A DNA stretch of 64,000 nt from Blastocystis sp. Blastoise (GCA_039096225.1 JBBPEB010000032.1:1089934-1153933); one strand, 5' to 3'. Positions 1 through 15,184 are shown, counted from the first letter of the stretch. A program made the numbers and translations. The notes: generated by a model from the sequence alone, not told the origin.

Positions 1-328
1 TATGAATAAAAATATATTAAACAAAAATTAAAACTAGAAAATCATCTCGTATGTTCTTATTGAACTGGATAATTATGCTTTTATACTTATTATATCTATA
101 TATAATAAAAAAATATTTAAAATAGCATGAAAATAAATAATAATAGAATACTGTTGTCTCAGTAAACTATATAAATCATCATTTCTAGTATTATAAAGAT
201 ATTCTATACTATAATAAACTAAACAAAAATGTAATTAAATTAAATATATAAAGATTCAATTATTAAAAAATTAGAAAAACAAAGAAAAGAATAGAATATT
301 CTTTAAAATAAGCGAATCAAAAAGCTTC

Positions 329-457
329 TTAGTGTTTATTAATTGTATTTTTAACTTCGTCATAACAAATTTTGAGGTTTTCAATGGTTGTTTTATTATT
401 TCTTAAGATATAATTTGTAGCTTTTAATTGGTCCACCTTAGGACTCCACATATATTC
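329..457 (-). CDS. Probable last exon (EYMWSPKVDQLK...NTINKH*) of the small gene starting at 19709, displaced by the 18.5-kb insertion
   Basis: TATATAG acceptor ending at 458 and a 42-codon open frame ending TAA at 331-329. The intron opened near 19039 continues here once 522-19005 is removed. The splice phase is off by one base, next to a 9-nt homopolymer at ~19050. Confidence 0.55.
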   Translation of the reverse strand, partial: EYMWSPKVDQLKATNYILRNNKTTIENLKICYDEVKNTINKH

Positions 458-1419
458 CTATATAATTGTGTTTTGAAAGTTAAAAAGAAATATAAGGTTA
501 GAATATATAAGAATCTAATTAGAGGCATTGTTAGAAATACCCAAAAAAACCATAATTATTTTAACCTGCCCAAAAAAAAATCGAATTGTTAGAAATACCC
601 AAAATCTTTCAAAATTTTTGTTAAAATACCCAAAATTTTTACAAAATTGGTAGAAATACCCAACTGTTTATTTTAGACTCTAAACGATTGGTGGTTTGAA
701 AACACAAATTCTTATAAACCAATTAAAATTCTTTTTATTTCTTTTGTCATTATTAGAAAAAATATACTCAAGAATATATTTATATTTTCTTTATTAAAGC
801 TTACATAAAAATTTTGTAGTAATTAAAACATAAGAAATATTTTAATAGATTATTATAATAATTTAGAAAAGTAGTTATTTAATTTAAGATAAGCATTTTT
901 ATTTACAAATTAAATATAATTATCTCAAATTTTTGGATTAAGGATAGTATAAATACTGCAGACACTTATATCGACTGATTAGTGTCATTTATAGTGTAAT
1001 AATATATTGTATTGCTCTCGAATAAAGCTTTTAAAAACTACAACGTAAGTTCTCATGATTTTTCATTAATTAATCACTATAAAAATGAAATTTGTTGTCC
1101 AGAATCACAAGAATATACTTTATTTTAATTTTGACATATTTAGACGATTAAAGCTTTAATTACTGCATATTTAACAACAAAGATATCTGTAAATCAATAT
1201 TAAATTCATGTTAATTATTTTTATGTTATAATTTGGTAACTGATTCAGTTCAGCCACAACCAGAAGTTGAAATATGTTTTGGTTTGATTAAGGTGAACTA
1301 TCATAAGTTTAAAGATAGTAAATAAATAACAAAATTTGAGACTGTAAAAACATATGGAGTCAAAATTATGTATGTAAAAAGTTTCAACTAGAAAATGTAG
1401 TTTTACTATATATGTAAAA

Positions 1420-1580
1420 GCTAGGGTATCGAATAAAAAAACAAAAAACCCCAAAAAAGAAGACTTGCTTACAGATGTTACATTTCAAATTACCCGTTTA
1501 TGTTCCATTTCCAAGGTGATGATGTTTCTGGATGGGTAGTCAAAAGATATTGTTGTCACGACTCTTCTGAGCAAACTTAA
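1420..1580 (+). pseudogene. Degenerate WRKY/FAR1/MuDR-type DNA-binding domain remnant
   Basis: Translates RRLAYRCYISNYPFMFHFQGDDVSGWVVKRYCCHD, resembling the C-x4-CPF...W-x-V...H motif of MULE N-terminal zinc fingers. Flanked by stops. Confidence 0.4.
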
Positions 1581-1964
1581 ATAAATAAATTATATTCTTA
1601 TATTAACATATTTATAGAAATGCAATCGTTTGTATATATTATATATCAAATGAAACAAAAAGCAAAAAATAGATTATAAGTTGTTAAAAAATGTTAAAAA
1701 TAAATTAAATGATTTAAAAGATAATACTAAACAATATATAGTGCTAAAAGAAAGAATAAAAGAAAACAAATTAGACATATCATATGAACTATTAATATTT
1801 TTAATCAAGAATATATATATATGTATTACATGATTCTACATAAATATATTAATATATTAGATTTTCTATTTTATACACAATATTTAATATATATAAATTT
1901 ATATATATATGTATACATGTATACTATTCAATACATATGTATATCTATTCTATATACATATACA

Positions 1965-1999
<35 letters not shown>

Positions 2000-2229
2000 A
2001 TATATATATATATAGCATTCTATACATATGCTTATTTATATCTATATATAGAATTCTAATATATCCGATTAAGTATATATATATATTCAATATATATATA
2101 ATATATATTTTTCTATATATGTTATTCTTCATACTAATAAAAGTAACATATATACACAATTCTATTTATTCTTTTATATATCAATATATATATAATTCTA
2201 TATATCAAATATTGTGTATAGCGTTTTAA

Positions 2230-4097
2230 AAAATGAGAATTCAACTTCAATTGAATGAAAAAAACGATTCTTAGAATAATAGGAATAGGAAAATTATAAT
2301 AAGAAGTGGTAGTAATATACGTAAATGAAGAATGATAATAGAAGTTGATAAAAAAGTAGCATCACAAGTAAAATGAGAAAGAGAAAAAGTAGAAGTAGAA
2401 GGACAAGGAGATATAGAAGGACAAGGACAAGGACAAGGACAAGGACAAGGACAAGAATAAGACGATGGAGAAGGACAATGATAAGGCGAAGAAGAAGAAT
2501 AAGAATAAGACGAGTGAGAAGGACAAGAAGAAGAAGAAGAAGAATAAGATGAGGGAGAAGGACAAGGACAAGGACAAGAAGAAGGACAAGGACAAGGGCA
2601 AGGACAAGGACAAGGACAAGAAGAAGGACAAGGACAAGGACAAGAAGAAGGACAAGGACAAGGGCAAGGACAAGGACAAGAAGAAGTAGAAGGAGAAGGA
2701 GCAGGACAAGATAAAGGACAAGAAGAAGAAGAAGAAAAAAAAAAAAAAAAAAAAAAACATCAGTAGAAGATAAGAATAAGTAGAATGAGAATGATTAGAA
2801 GTAGAAGTATAAGGATAATATAGAAAAAGAAGACGAAGAAGGGATAATATGTGGGTATAGAAGAAGAAATATGAGAAAAATAGTGGAAAAAGAAGAGACT
2901 CAAAAGAGAATAGAAGGAGAGGAGCGAAATATGAATAAAAAGGAGAATAGGAAAGAGAAAGATAAGAAGGAGAAGAAGAAGGATAAGGATAAGAAAATAA
3001 GAATGACAAAGAGAATGAGGAGAGGAAATAGAAAAACGAGAAAAAATGAAGGAAAAAAGAAAGAGAAGAAGAAGAAGGAAAAGTGAAATTATAAAGCGAA
3101 GAAGAAACAGAAAGAGAAAGAAAATGATAAGAAGAATGAGAAGAAGAAGAATAGGAATGACAAGAAGAACAAGAAGTACAAATAGAAGAAGGACAAGAAG
3201 AAAGATAATAGAAGAAGGACAAGAAGGAACAAGAGAAGAAGGAGAAAAAGGAGAAGGAAGAAAAAGAGAAGGAAAAGAAGAAGGAAAAGAAGAAGAAGGA
3301 GAAGGAAAAATAGAAGAAGGACTAGAATGATGAGAAGTATAAGTAAAAACTAAAAGTAAAAAATAAATATAAGAAGAATGAGAGAAGAATATGAAAAGGA
3401 GATAGAGAAGTAGACGTATAAGTTGAAGTAAAAGGAAAGAAAAAGAAATAAAAGTATAGTAGTAGAAACAAAAGTAGAGATAGTGTAGAAGGAGAAGGAA
3501 AAGGAAAAGGAAAAGGAAAATCAATAGAAGAAGAATGAAAAGAAAAATTAGAAAAGGAGAAACATAAAAAGAAGAAGGAAGAGAAAGAGAATATAGAAAA
3601 GAAAGAGACAAAATAGAAGAAACAAAACGAAAGAAGTAGGAGAAGAAGAAATAATATTAATAATAAAAAAATGAATGAGAATAAGAAATAGAAGAATGGC
3701 AATAATGCTAATGGGAATGAAAACAAGAATAAGAAGAAAGGGAAATAGAAGAACAAGGAGAAACATAAGTGCAAGTAAAATAAGAAGAAAAAGTAGTAGT
3801 AGTGATAGAAGTGGATGTATAGCATAAGAAGTAGTAGAAGTAAAAGTATGAATAGGAGTAGAAGTACAAGTAGAAGTATAAGTGGAAAAATAAGTAGTTG
3901 TATTAGTAGTAGTATTAGCAGTAGTGTAGAAGTTAAAATTGAAAAAAAAGAATAGAGTAAGTAATAGTCGTAGAAATATGAGTAGAAGTACAAGTAGAAA
4001 TATAAGAATAAAGGAAAAAATGAAAGAAGCTGAAGGAAAAGAAGGAAATGTATAAGAAGAAGAAGAAGAAATAATAATGAGGAGAAATAGCAACAAA

Positions 4098-4150
<53 letters not shown>

Positions 4151-7100
4151 GAAGAAGAAGAAGAAGAAGAAGAAGAATTAGGAAAATGAGATGAATAAAG
4201 AAATGTAATAAGGAGTAAAATCTTGAGAAATAGAATGAGAAGTAAAAGAATAATAAGAAGTAGAAAACTTTAACAAGTATAAATAGAAGAAGAAGAAAAA
4301 AAACAATGAGAAATATAATAAAAAGATTGAGAATAAAAGAAAAAAGAAAGAATTGAAAGATAATAGGAATAAGAATAAGAAAGATAATTAGAAGTACAAG
4401 GAGGAGTATAAGGAAAATGAAAAAAAGAAGTACAAGCAGAAGGAGAAGGTAATGTTGAAAAAGAATAGGAATGACGATAATAAGAAAGATAAAGAGAAAT
4501 AGAAGGAAAAGGATAATGTGAATTAAAATAAGAATCACAAAAAGAAAAAGCAGAAGGAAAACGAGAAAAATTTGATTTACAGTGAGGAGAAAAAGAATTG
4601 TAAAAAAGAAGAAATATAATAAGAAGAATGAGAACAAGAACAGGAATGAAAATAAGAAAAAGAAGGATACTTCAAATAAAAAGAATAACAAGAAAGACAT
4701 AATATAGACTAAAAAATGATATAGAAGAAAGAGAAGATAGGAAATAAGGAGAAGAAGAAGATAAAGTAGAAGAAGAATTAGAGCAAGAACAGAATTACAG
4801 AAAGAAAAGTAGAATGAAAATAAGAAAGAGAATAGGAATATAAATAAGACGTAGAAGAAGAAATAGAATCAAAATGAGACGAATTTAGAATAAAACAGAA
4901 TATGTAAAGTAGATAAATACGGAGAATGAGAAATGAGAAGTGTATAAATAGAATAAAAATAACTAGGCGAACAAGTAGAAGAAAAGCAAAAAAAGAAGAA
5001 TCTGGAGAAGAATCAGAATAAGAATAAGAATATGACTGCGAAAGTAATAGTAGAAGTATAAATAGACTTATACTTAGAAGGAGAAGGAGAAGTAGAAGAA
5101 GAAGCATAATATGTATAAGTATAAATAGAAGAAGTATAGTATAAAGAAAATAAGAGAATAAAAAGGAGAATAAATGATATAAGTATAGTATAAATAGAAG
5201 AAGCAGAAAGAGAATATGAATAAGAATCGATAAAATGTAAGTATAAGTATAAATAGAAGAAAAAATAAAAGTAGAACAAGAATAGGAATAAGAATTAGAA
5301 TTGAAAGAATATAATATGAAAAATAATAATAAGAAGTTGTATTAGTAAAAGTAGATGTAAAATGATGAATATAAGTTGATAAACTAGAAGTAGAAGAATA
5401 AGTTGATAAACAAGAAGTCTAACTATGGTAGAACTAGAAGAAAAAGTAAAAGAAAAAGTAGAAGAAAAAAAGGAGAAGCTCAAATTGAAGAATAAGAGTT
5501 AATAGTAGTACAAGTACAGTAAAAGGAGAATTGAAAGTAGAAGGAGAAATAGCAAGTAGTGGTAGTAGAAGCAGAAGTGTAAGAACAAGAAGAAGGAAAA
5601 CTAGGAAGTACAACTAGAACTAGAAGTAGAAGAAAAAGTAGAAATGGACGTATATGTATAAATATAAGTAAGAGTAGATGTTCAAGTAGAATGAGAAGTA
5701 TAAGAATAAGAGTAAATAGTAGTAGATATATAAGTATAATAGAAGTAGAAAAATACGAGTAAATAGTAGTAGAAGTAGAATGAAAATAATAATGATAATA
5801 AATAGTAGAAATAGTAGTAGTAGTAGAAATAGAATTAGAAGAATAAGAGTAAGTAGTAGTAGTAGTAGAAGTACAAGTAAAAGTAACAGTAAAATTATAA
5901 TTACAAGTAGAAGAATAAAAACACGAAGGAAAAGAAGTTGAAGGACACGAAGTACAAGTAAAAGAACTAGAATTGAAATAAGAAAGGAATGAAAATAATA
6001 ATGATACAAAAAAGTGAAAAGAAGAAGAAGAAGAAGTAGCATGAGATGAATAAAGAAAACGAAAAGGAAGTAGAATAATAAGAAAAAGAATGAGAAGTGA
6101 AATAAGAAGAAGAATAAGAAAAGGAGATAGAATTAATATAAATAGAAGGAGAATAAGAAGTAGAAGTAGAAGTAGAAGTAGCAAGATAAGGAGAAGTATA
6201 ATAAAGAGAATGAGAATGAGAATGAGAATGAAAAGAAAAAGTAAAATATGAAAGATAATAAGAATAAGAATAAGAATAAGAATAAGAATAAGAAGAAAAA
6301 GTAGAAATACAAGGAAGAGAGAGGAAAATGAAGATAAGAAGTAGAAGCAGAAGGAGATAATGAGATTGAAGAAAAAATATGTTGGAGAACAATAATAAGC
6401 CTGATAATGAAAAATAGAATGAAAAGGAGAATTCGAAGTAAATTAATAGGTATATGAAGAATAACAAGAAGCAGAATGAAAATAAGAAAAATTAGAATTA
6501 GAATAGAAGAATGGAAATTGTAAAAAGAAGAAATAGAATGAGAAGAGTGAAAACAAGGAGACGAATGAAAACAAGAAGAATTAAAACAAGAAGAATTAAA
6601 ACAAGAAGAATTAAAACAAGGAGAAGGACGATACAAATAAGAAGAAGAAAAAGAGAATAGAGAGAAGAAATGATATAGAAGAAGGAAAAGATAGGGAACA
6701 AGAAGAAGAAGAAGAAAACCAGAATAAATAGAAGGAAAAGTAGAAGGAAAAAAGAAAGATAATAAGAATTAAAAGGAAATGCAGAAGGAAAATGAGATTA
6801 ATTTGGAGAAAAAAAAACATGTAAAAGTAGAAGAATATGGAGAATAAAAAAAGGGAAGCATACGAGTAGAATAAAGAGAACTAGACAAGCAAGGAGAAGA
6901 AAGTAAAATAAGAAGAATTTAGATAAGGATAAGAATAAGAATAAGGATAAGAATAAGAACATGACAAATAAAGTAGTAGTAGAAGCATAAGAGATGTATA
7001 AATAGACTTAGACTTAGAAGTGGAAATAGAAGGAGAAGGAGAAGGAGAAGGAGAAGGAGAAGGAGAAGGAGAAGGAGAAGGAGAATAAAAATGATAACAA

Positions 7101-9100
7101 TAAGTATAAGTAGAACCATATGTATAAGGGCAACAACAAAAGATACGAATATAGGAGAAGGAGAAGAGAAATGAAAATTTGAAGTAGAATGAGAATGAAA
7201 ATGAAAATAAAAAGTCGTTGAAAAATCAGAATACTAACGAGGAGAAGATAAAGAGGTGTAAAGATAATATAATAAAAACAAGAAATAGAATATAAATAAA
7301 AATAAGAATAGCAAGAATAGAAAGAATAGCAATAATAAGAAGAATAAACAGAATAAAAAGGAGAAGAAGAAGAAGATGGAGAATAATAATAAGTGCAAGG
7401 AGAAAGAGAAAGAGTGAATAATGAAAATAAGAATAGTTGAATAAAACTAAGATGAAGAATTATAACAAAAACAGGAAGAAGAAGGAAAATGATAAGAAGA
7501 AGAATTAGAAGATGAATAAAAAAACAAAGAATAGAATAAGGAGTATGTTAAGCAGAAGTAAAAGTAAAATAAGAATAAGATGGAGGAATAGAATCATAAT
7601 ACTAATAACAATTAGAAGAAGAAATATGATAAAGAAACTAGGCTAATTAGAAGAAAAAGAATAGTACTATTGAAAATAAGAATAAGAGTAACAAAGAAAT
7701 ATGTACAAAGAAAAATGAGTAAAAAGTATACTAGAAGTAGAATATAGAGAGAAAGACTATGATAATATAATGTATAGAAGAAGAAGAAGAAGAAGAAGAA
7801 GAAGGAGAATAAGAAGAAAAATGACATGAAGTAGAAGTAGAAGGAGAATAATAGTTAAAAGGATAATGTGAATAAGAATATGAAATGAATAATAATAAGA
7901 AGAAGAAGTAGACATAGAAGTAGATTGTGAAAGATAACGAGAATGAAAAAAGAAAGTAGAAGGTAAATAAGAAGAAGTAGGTGAATAAGTAGTAGACAGA
8001 AATAGAAAGTGAATTAATAAGGAGAACGAAATTAAAAAGAAACTACGAATAACACCAGGAATAAGAAGTAGAAGTAGAATTAGATGAAAACTAGGAAGAA
8101 AAAATCAAAATAGAATGAGAATAAGTATATGGAGTAGAAAGCGAAATTCAACGATAAATAGAATGAGAATAAGTAGAAGAAGAAGAATAATTGGAGAACA
8201 AGAACAAGAAGGAAAATAGGAAGAAGAAGAAGAAGAAGAAGAAGAAGAAGAAGAAGAATTGAAAGAGAAACAGAAGATAAAATGGTTATTTACAATGAGA
8301 AAAGAATGGGAAGTAGAACAAAAACTTGAATAAGACGAAGAAGGCAACGGAGAAGGAAAAAGTAGCATATGAAGGAAAGGGAGAAGTAGGACGTGGATAG
8401 TAATAAAAATAAGAAAGAAAAAATAAAATATTAGGAGACGTGGAACAAGAAGGAGAAAGTGAGATATAAGGAGAAACTGAATAACAGAAAAAATAAGAGA
8501 CTAAATAAGAAAAAAATAGGAAGTAAGACTAATATAAGACTAAGAATAAATTGAAGAAGGACAAGAAGGACAAGAAGGACAAGAAAAAGAAGAAATAGCA
8601 ATAGCAATGAGAATAAGAAGTAAATCTATAATGAGAATGAGAAGCAGAAAGGAAGTATAAGTAAAATAAGATGTATAGATGAAAGAAAAATAATAAAGAT
8701 AGAAGATAGAAGATAGAAGATAGAAGATAGAAGATAGAAGATAGAAGATAGAAGATAGAAGAATGAAAGAATAGAAGAATGAAAGAATAGAAGATAGAAG
8801 ATAGAAGATAGAAGATAGAAGAATGAAAGAATAAGTATAAGGATAAGAAGAAGAATTATTAAGGGATAAGAAGAAGAAGAATAAAAAGGACAACAAAATA
8901 ATAGTAGAATTCGTGAAGAAGTAATACTAAAGAAAATGAATAAGGAAGAACTAATATCCATATGAAAAAGAAGAAAAAAAAATGGAGTAAGAAGTTAATT
9001 AGAATGAAGAATGAAGAAGAAATAGCATATTAAGAGAAGAACGTGCTAGAGAGAAGCGAATAAAGTTCAATAAGCAAGATAATTATAATATTTAAAAGAA
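2230..9100 (+). repeat. ~6.9-kb polypurine-skewed low-complexity tract (GAA, GAAGGA, GACAAG, GAATAA, GAAGTA, GAAGATA units)
   Basis: The + strand is overwhelmingly A/G. All overlapping ORF-track calls are compositional artefacts and no frame stays open across the tract. Confidence 0.85.
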
Positions 9101-9139
9101 TAGTAAACTGAATAAAAGAAGAGAATAGCAACTGATAAC

Positions 9140-9900
9140 TTCAATCATAAATTAATACTATCTGACCAAACTCTCTATAGAAAATTAATAAAAAGTACAA
9201 TAAGTCTAAAGAATATATAATATTAATAAAGTAATAATATAATAATAACTATTAAGACAAGAATATCAAATATATATTAATAGTCAGTTAAAATAAATTA
9301 GTTATACTATTAAAAGATATATACCTTAATAAAAACTTGAATCATTGCAATTTGTTTTGGTTATGCTTGGATTTGTTAAGATTCACTAAATAATTATATA
9401 AAATAAATAAAATAAATAGATTAAAGTATATATATATTAGAGAAACAACTAAATAGAAAAGTAAAGTAATTCAATTGTAAAAAATATATTTTTAAGTTAG
9501 AACAACATAACAACGCTATGATAATAATAGAGATGTACTAATAGCATAGAAATAAAATAGATATAACAGAGAATAAACAAGATGAGAAAATGTAAAATAA
9601 TTATATACCTTAGATTCATCTTTATTGTTCACCAAGACCTTTTCAGTTGATTTGAAACTAGATAAAGCTTGTTTTGAATATGTAAACAATAAGCAACCAA
9701 TTGATCAACTGATTACTATATAAAATTAAATATTTGATGACAGCAGATGATACAAAATATAGATTTATAACTAAAAAACATACATAGATTCATTTTATAT
9801 GTCTATAATGACAATATATGAAATAAATCAATATTTGAATGTCACGAGAAATCATTCTGAGGATGGAAAAAGCGATAAATCAGCCTAAATAGCTAAACCA
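9140..9900 (-). other. ORF-less spliced exons on the minus strand leading into the pyrimidine-rich strand of the 2230-9100 tract
   Basis: AG|GTATAT donors on the minus strand at ~9608 and ~9324, and a TATAG acceptor at ~9716. Exon sequence has stops. Confidence 0.4.
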
Positions 9901-10049
9901 ACCTCTTTGATAAAAACTGTTTTGGGATTTAGTGAACGAGTTTTAAAAATAATTTCTAGAGATTCAAATAATGGAATAAAAAGTCTTTTTTGATATGGTC
10001 CCTATTCTTAAAGTTTTTTAGAATTACTTCAATCCGTGAAAGTCTTATT

Positions 10050-10959
10050 CAGCATCAGCTTAAATGAACTGCTGAAAGAAGTATATTTTTTAAATATTAG
10101 TATATGGATTATTTGTTTATTTAGAAGGTTATTTTACACTTTATATTTATATTATATTTTTATATGCATATTATTATAGATTAGGAATGAAATGAGCACA
10201 GATAATGGACCAATTGGTGACTCATTCTTTTAGGTATGTGTTTATTTTGTGATATTATGTATATAGGTTTGGAAACATAATCTAGGGAGCCTGATGACGT
10301 TGACTATTCAATATTGGAAGAAAACGAAATGATGGGCATTTCCTTGTTGAGAATATTCTTGGTATCCGTTCTAGTTGTATGTTATTTCATATTTTATTTT
10401 TATATTTAATTATTATTTAGGAGATTATTAAAAAGAAAAAAGTAATTGGTCTCCATCTACTAAGAAAATTGGTGTTTAGGTCCTTCTTTTGATTTTTATT
10501 ATTTTATTTTTTATCAGAAGTATATATTTATGTTATTAATACTATATTGTATCTAATTATATAGAAATGGCGAGTGATTATTGTTATGGAATTTTTGTAA
10601 CTTTTCGATTTCAGCACAATAATTATCGAGTCCTTAAAAGTATATAAATATATTAAATAATTATTTCTATTCTATAGATTTATGGAGTAAATTAATATAA
10701 TCATATATACAAAAAAAAATACTAGAAGAATATGGTTAAAAAGTATATATTTTTTTATTTTTATTATTATTAAAATTATATAAATTTGTTTAATTAAATT
10801 TATATATTATAGTTATTTATTTTTGTTATAACTGATGTTCTAACATTGATATATGGTTCAAATATCTATATATATATATATTATTTATAAATTCTTAATA
10901 TTTTATTAATTTATTATATTATTTTTCTATATAGGACTATTAATTATCATTCTTTTATT

Positions 10960-10990
<31 letters not shown>

Positions 10991-11518
10991 TATTTATTTT
11001 CGATATATTTTATTCTTATTCATATATATAGTATTATTAAGCTATGTACTCATTAGCTTCTCTACATCAATACTACTATGTGACTAGGTATATTATATAT
11101 ATATTTAATTATTAGCATATTATTTTCTATTACTTCTTAATATATATATATTTATATATTAACTAGTATTTTTTATATAGAGAATGGGACGTTTCCCTTA
11201 TGTTATAAACTTCATGGTCATCAATTTTTATATCTAAGGTATATCGTTTTTATATATAAGTAATTGTTTTATTGTAGTATATTGTTTCAAATTATTTCTA
11301 TATATTATTCTATTTTCCGTACAATAATTATTTATGTTTTTTATATAATTTATATTATGTACCTATAATTACTAATAATATCCTATTGTTTATATTTCTG
11401 TTATTCATGTCTCTATAGTTTTATTAGTTATATAAAAACATAACTAGTAAAACTGTAATTACATGTATATATTATATAGGTGTTATATAAATATACGAAT
11501 GTTGCTTTAGTTGAAGAA

Positions 11519-11615
<97 letters not shown>

Positions 11616-12702
11616 GTTATAGACTTTTATTGTATTCTTTTTATATTATTATTTTATACATTTTTCTCTCTATATAACATATACACAGATATATTTACCT
11701 AATATATACTCTTTAGAAAATTGATATATGTTTTATTTTGGAAGTTGATAATATATACTAAAATCAGTTCATATCAATTGTTTATTCTTAAACTGTATAT
11801 ATATATATATTATCTATCAAAGTCAAAGTTATATATAAATAGAATAATGAAGAATTATCTATATATAGATGGTCTTTAGTTCTATTACTACATTATTTTT
11901 ATGTATTTAAGATATATATAAATATATTATATATATACTTTTATATATACTTATTATATAAATATAAACTTATAGACTTATATATAGTAATATATCAGTT
12001 ATCCTTTTATTTTTCTCATGAGTTTTTAAGTATATAGTCTTTTTATCTTATTATATATATAATACATTTTTTATAAATTGACACAAAAGGTAATATTATT
12101 TGTATATATAATTTTATCTCAACTATTCTTCTATTTAATTCTTTTATATCACTTTATCTTTCTATAACTATATTATGTATTATCATTTTATAATATAATT
12201 TGTTTATAGTTAATTATATATATATATATATATGTAGTAACAGTAATAACTCTTCTTTTGGTCTCTTTTGTTCAATTATACTAGTATATACACTATGATA
12301 ATATATATGTATTCTATTTATCTCATTTTATATATAGTTTTCTATTTATTTTGTTATATTTATAATACACTTATTGTTATGTATACTATATTTTCTTTTT
12401 GTTTATACTATTATACTTATATCATTTTTATTATATATAGGATTAAGGATATATATATAATTGATTATGAATGATTTAGTTTTTGTATTATATTAAGCCT
12501 TATTTTCTTGTATATATATATAAATATAGGTATCCTTTACTTTATGTTCCAGTTTTCTTTTCTATTATATACATTGATATTCACTATTGTGTATTAATAT
12601 TATTATATATAGTGTGTGAAGGTATTAAATACATTCTGGTTAAGAGTATATATTTTCATTGTTTTAATATATATACATAATATGTTCTTATGTTACATCA
12701 AA

Positions 12703-12750
<48 letters not shown>

Positions 12751-13304
12751 TTTCTTTTTTTCATTATTACATTTATGTATATATTCATATATATATATAA
12801 ACTTGTTATTCCCTTAATTAATTCATGTCATATTATTCATTCATTTTTTTATATATGTATATCTTATATTTATTATGTATATTATTATTTATGTATATAG
12901 ATATTAATCGACTTATAGAAATTATTATAAATAATGTTAATACGATTTTTTTGTATATATTTTATTAATATTTATAATAGTTTAATATGTAATATTTTAC
13001 TATTATAATATTATATTGTGTTTATTTAATTTATTTATATATATTTTATTCATTTATTTTATTCTCTAGCTATTTATAGAGTATATCTTCAATTTATTTC
13101 CTACTATATATATGCAATTCTTATTTATAGTATATATTATATAATACTTCTTTTTTTATATATTTTTTTATTAGTATTCTGTTCTCTACTTTATTCTTTA
13201 ATACATTATATTCTGTTATATATTGATATATTTTTTTTATTCTAAATGTTTTCATTATATAGGTTATTATTAATAGGTATAATAGATATAAGAGGTATAC
13301 TGGA

Positions 13305-13344
<40 letters not shown>

Positions 13345-13400
13345 CTACACTTTTTTTATAGTCTCTTTTCTGCAAACATATATATATATATATATATAAT
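10050..13400 (+). pseudogene. Multi-intron unit with recognisable splice sites but no continuous ORF (decayed gene fragments or lncRNA)
   Basis: Many GTAT...TATAG introns (e.g. 10234-10267, 10378-10420, 11239) separating short exons with stops and frameshifts. Confidence 0.55.
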
Positions 13401-13421
13401 TATATTCGCATAATTAATATT

Positions 13422-13490
13422 CCTTAGACTGAATATGGTCAGTATCAATCATTAATAGATTGTTATCAGGTTCAATTCCTGATCTAAGGT
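13422..13490 (+). ncRNA. Non-canonical tRNA-like cloverleaf, copy 1 (central loop triplet TAA)
   Basis: CCTTAGA/TCTAAGG acceptor; CTGA-ATATGG-TCAG D-arm; CAATC-ATTAATA-GATTG arm; TCAGG-TTCAATT-CCTGA T-arm with B-box GGTTCAATTCC. Lacks the U8-R9 connector and a purine at 37. Confidence 0.8.
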
Positions 13491-13559
13491 TATATACTAT
13501 ATTTTTTTTATATAAATTTTTATATTTTTCTCTATAGATATTCTCATTCATTATAGCCA

Positions 13560-14230
13560 GTATGAAAGGGTATATTGAGTTTCATGTAATTGAATAAACT
13601 CTATACATCGTTAGTCGCTCTTCTATATTGTTTTTAAATACCTTTACTTAAAACCAAACACATTCACAATTACATTCACCTATAATTTTCTATTCAATAA
13701 TTTATTTTGTTAATCATTCTTCTAATCAATTCTACACACAAATAAAAAATAAATATTCATCAATAACATCTTGAAGTCTATAAACAATCAATGCATTCTT
13801 TGCTTATATTCTTAAAAATCATTTCAACTGTTTATATTAATATAATTGACACTAATGATCATTTGTAACATTTATAAACTACTTTCAAAACTTTTAAAGA
13901 ACCTTGACAAATCTACATTACCTAGAAAACTATTATAATTAACTTTAGTTTATATAGGTCATAATTAAATTCAAATTACTAATAGAAAATTAAAATAACG
14001 ACATTCTAACTCAACATATCACCAAGAAAAATCAATTGTGTTTGTAACTTCTCTAAAATTGAATTAATTAGTGAAATATGTATTTAAATATATGTTGAAT
14101 TCAAATTCAAACACACACAAACTCACCTTTTCTGACAGTTCTACACATTTAGGCAATCTAGTGACTATCATATAATCGACTAATTCTTCTTGCCTTCATC
14201 AAGTCAAGTGATTTTCTCATGACTTGAATC
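13560..14230 (-). pseudogene. Degenerate MULE transposase C-terminal remnant (SWIM-like)
   Basis: Reverse strand near 13680-13630 reads GECNCECVWF*VK, then GI*KQ after a 1-nt shift, resembling the SWIM CxC...G.CKH motif. Heavily disrupted. Confidence 0.4.
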
Positions 14231-14299
14231 ATCAATTTTGTTTTATGTAACACTCTATAAATAATTAATCAATTAACTATTTTTATTTACATAAATACA

Positions 14300-15184
14300 T
14301 ACTTCATCAACAACGACGAGACATCAGGAGTAAGAATAACAGTTTAAAGTATTTAAATAAAATAATAAATAATAAAAAGCAGAAATATTAAGATTTCAAT
14401 AAAATTTAATAAGTTAATTTATAGTGAAGTTTCAATAATCATATAAAAAATATGATTAATTTCGTTTTTGTATGTTTTAAGTATATATTTATCTATATAT
14501 AGGACCTAGGAGTATAGTAGAGTACCTTGCGGTCTCCATTGGCAGATTGATCTAAGGTGGTATGTTCTCTTTCTCTATTATAAGCTTATATAGGTGATGT
14601 AAAATGGTTAAGTTAGATGATCAGCTATTGTCTTATGGTTATAAATGGGATGATGTGACGTCACCATATAAAACTGTTTCTTTAGGCTTTCTCAGTGAGT
14701 CACAATGGATTGATTGTGTTTATTGTATCGGTTTTAAAGCTTCCAGAAAATAAAGTTGGTAATTGTCTCAACAAATTGGTCTTAAGTCACAAAGTAGCAC
14801 AAATATCTAGGCTTAATAAACAACTTTCATAACTCAAATGTCATCGTTGTTATAGATTTGCTTGTATTAATACTCAGATTGTAGATGTATATATTTTCTC
14901 TATTTATTTTCTTTATAATTATAATTATATTATTATATATACGTTCATATCTATTATTATAATGTTTTTAAATATAGTTCTTGCTTTTCTGGTCAATAAC
15001 TGCTTGGTTTCTTTTTTGTATAGTATATATATATTATTAACTTCTTATATTTTGGTTATATTATATAAATTTCTTAATTATTGAATATTATTTTTATATA
15101 TAATTATTATTTACTTTCTTCTATATATTTATTGACTTATAGTTTAAATTATTTCATTTTCTTTTTATTTTTCTCTTTTTTATT

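Noticed and set aside
2362-8961. Many F/L/S- or K/E/R-rich ORFs in the ORF track (also 15567-17231)
   Set aside because: Artefacts of strand-skewed low complexity, overlapping in several frames.
13446-13462. Ochre-suppressor tRNA (TTA in the loop)
   Set aside because: TTA is off-centre in the 7-nt loop. The central triplet is TAA, and copy 2 has AAT.
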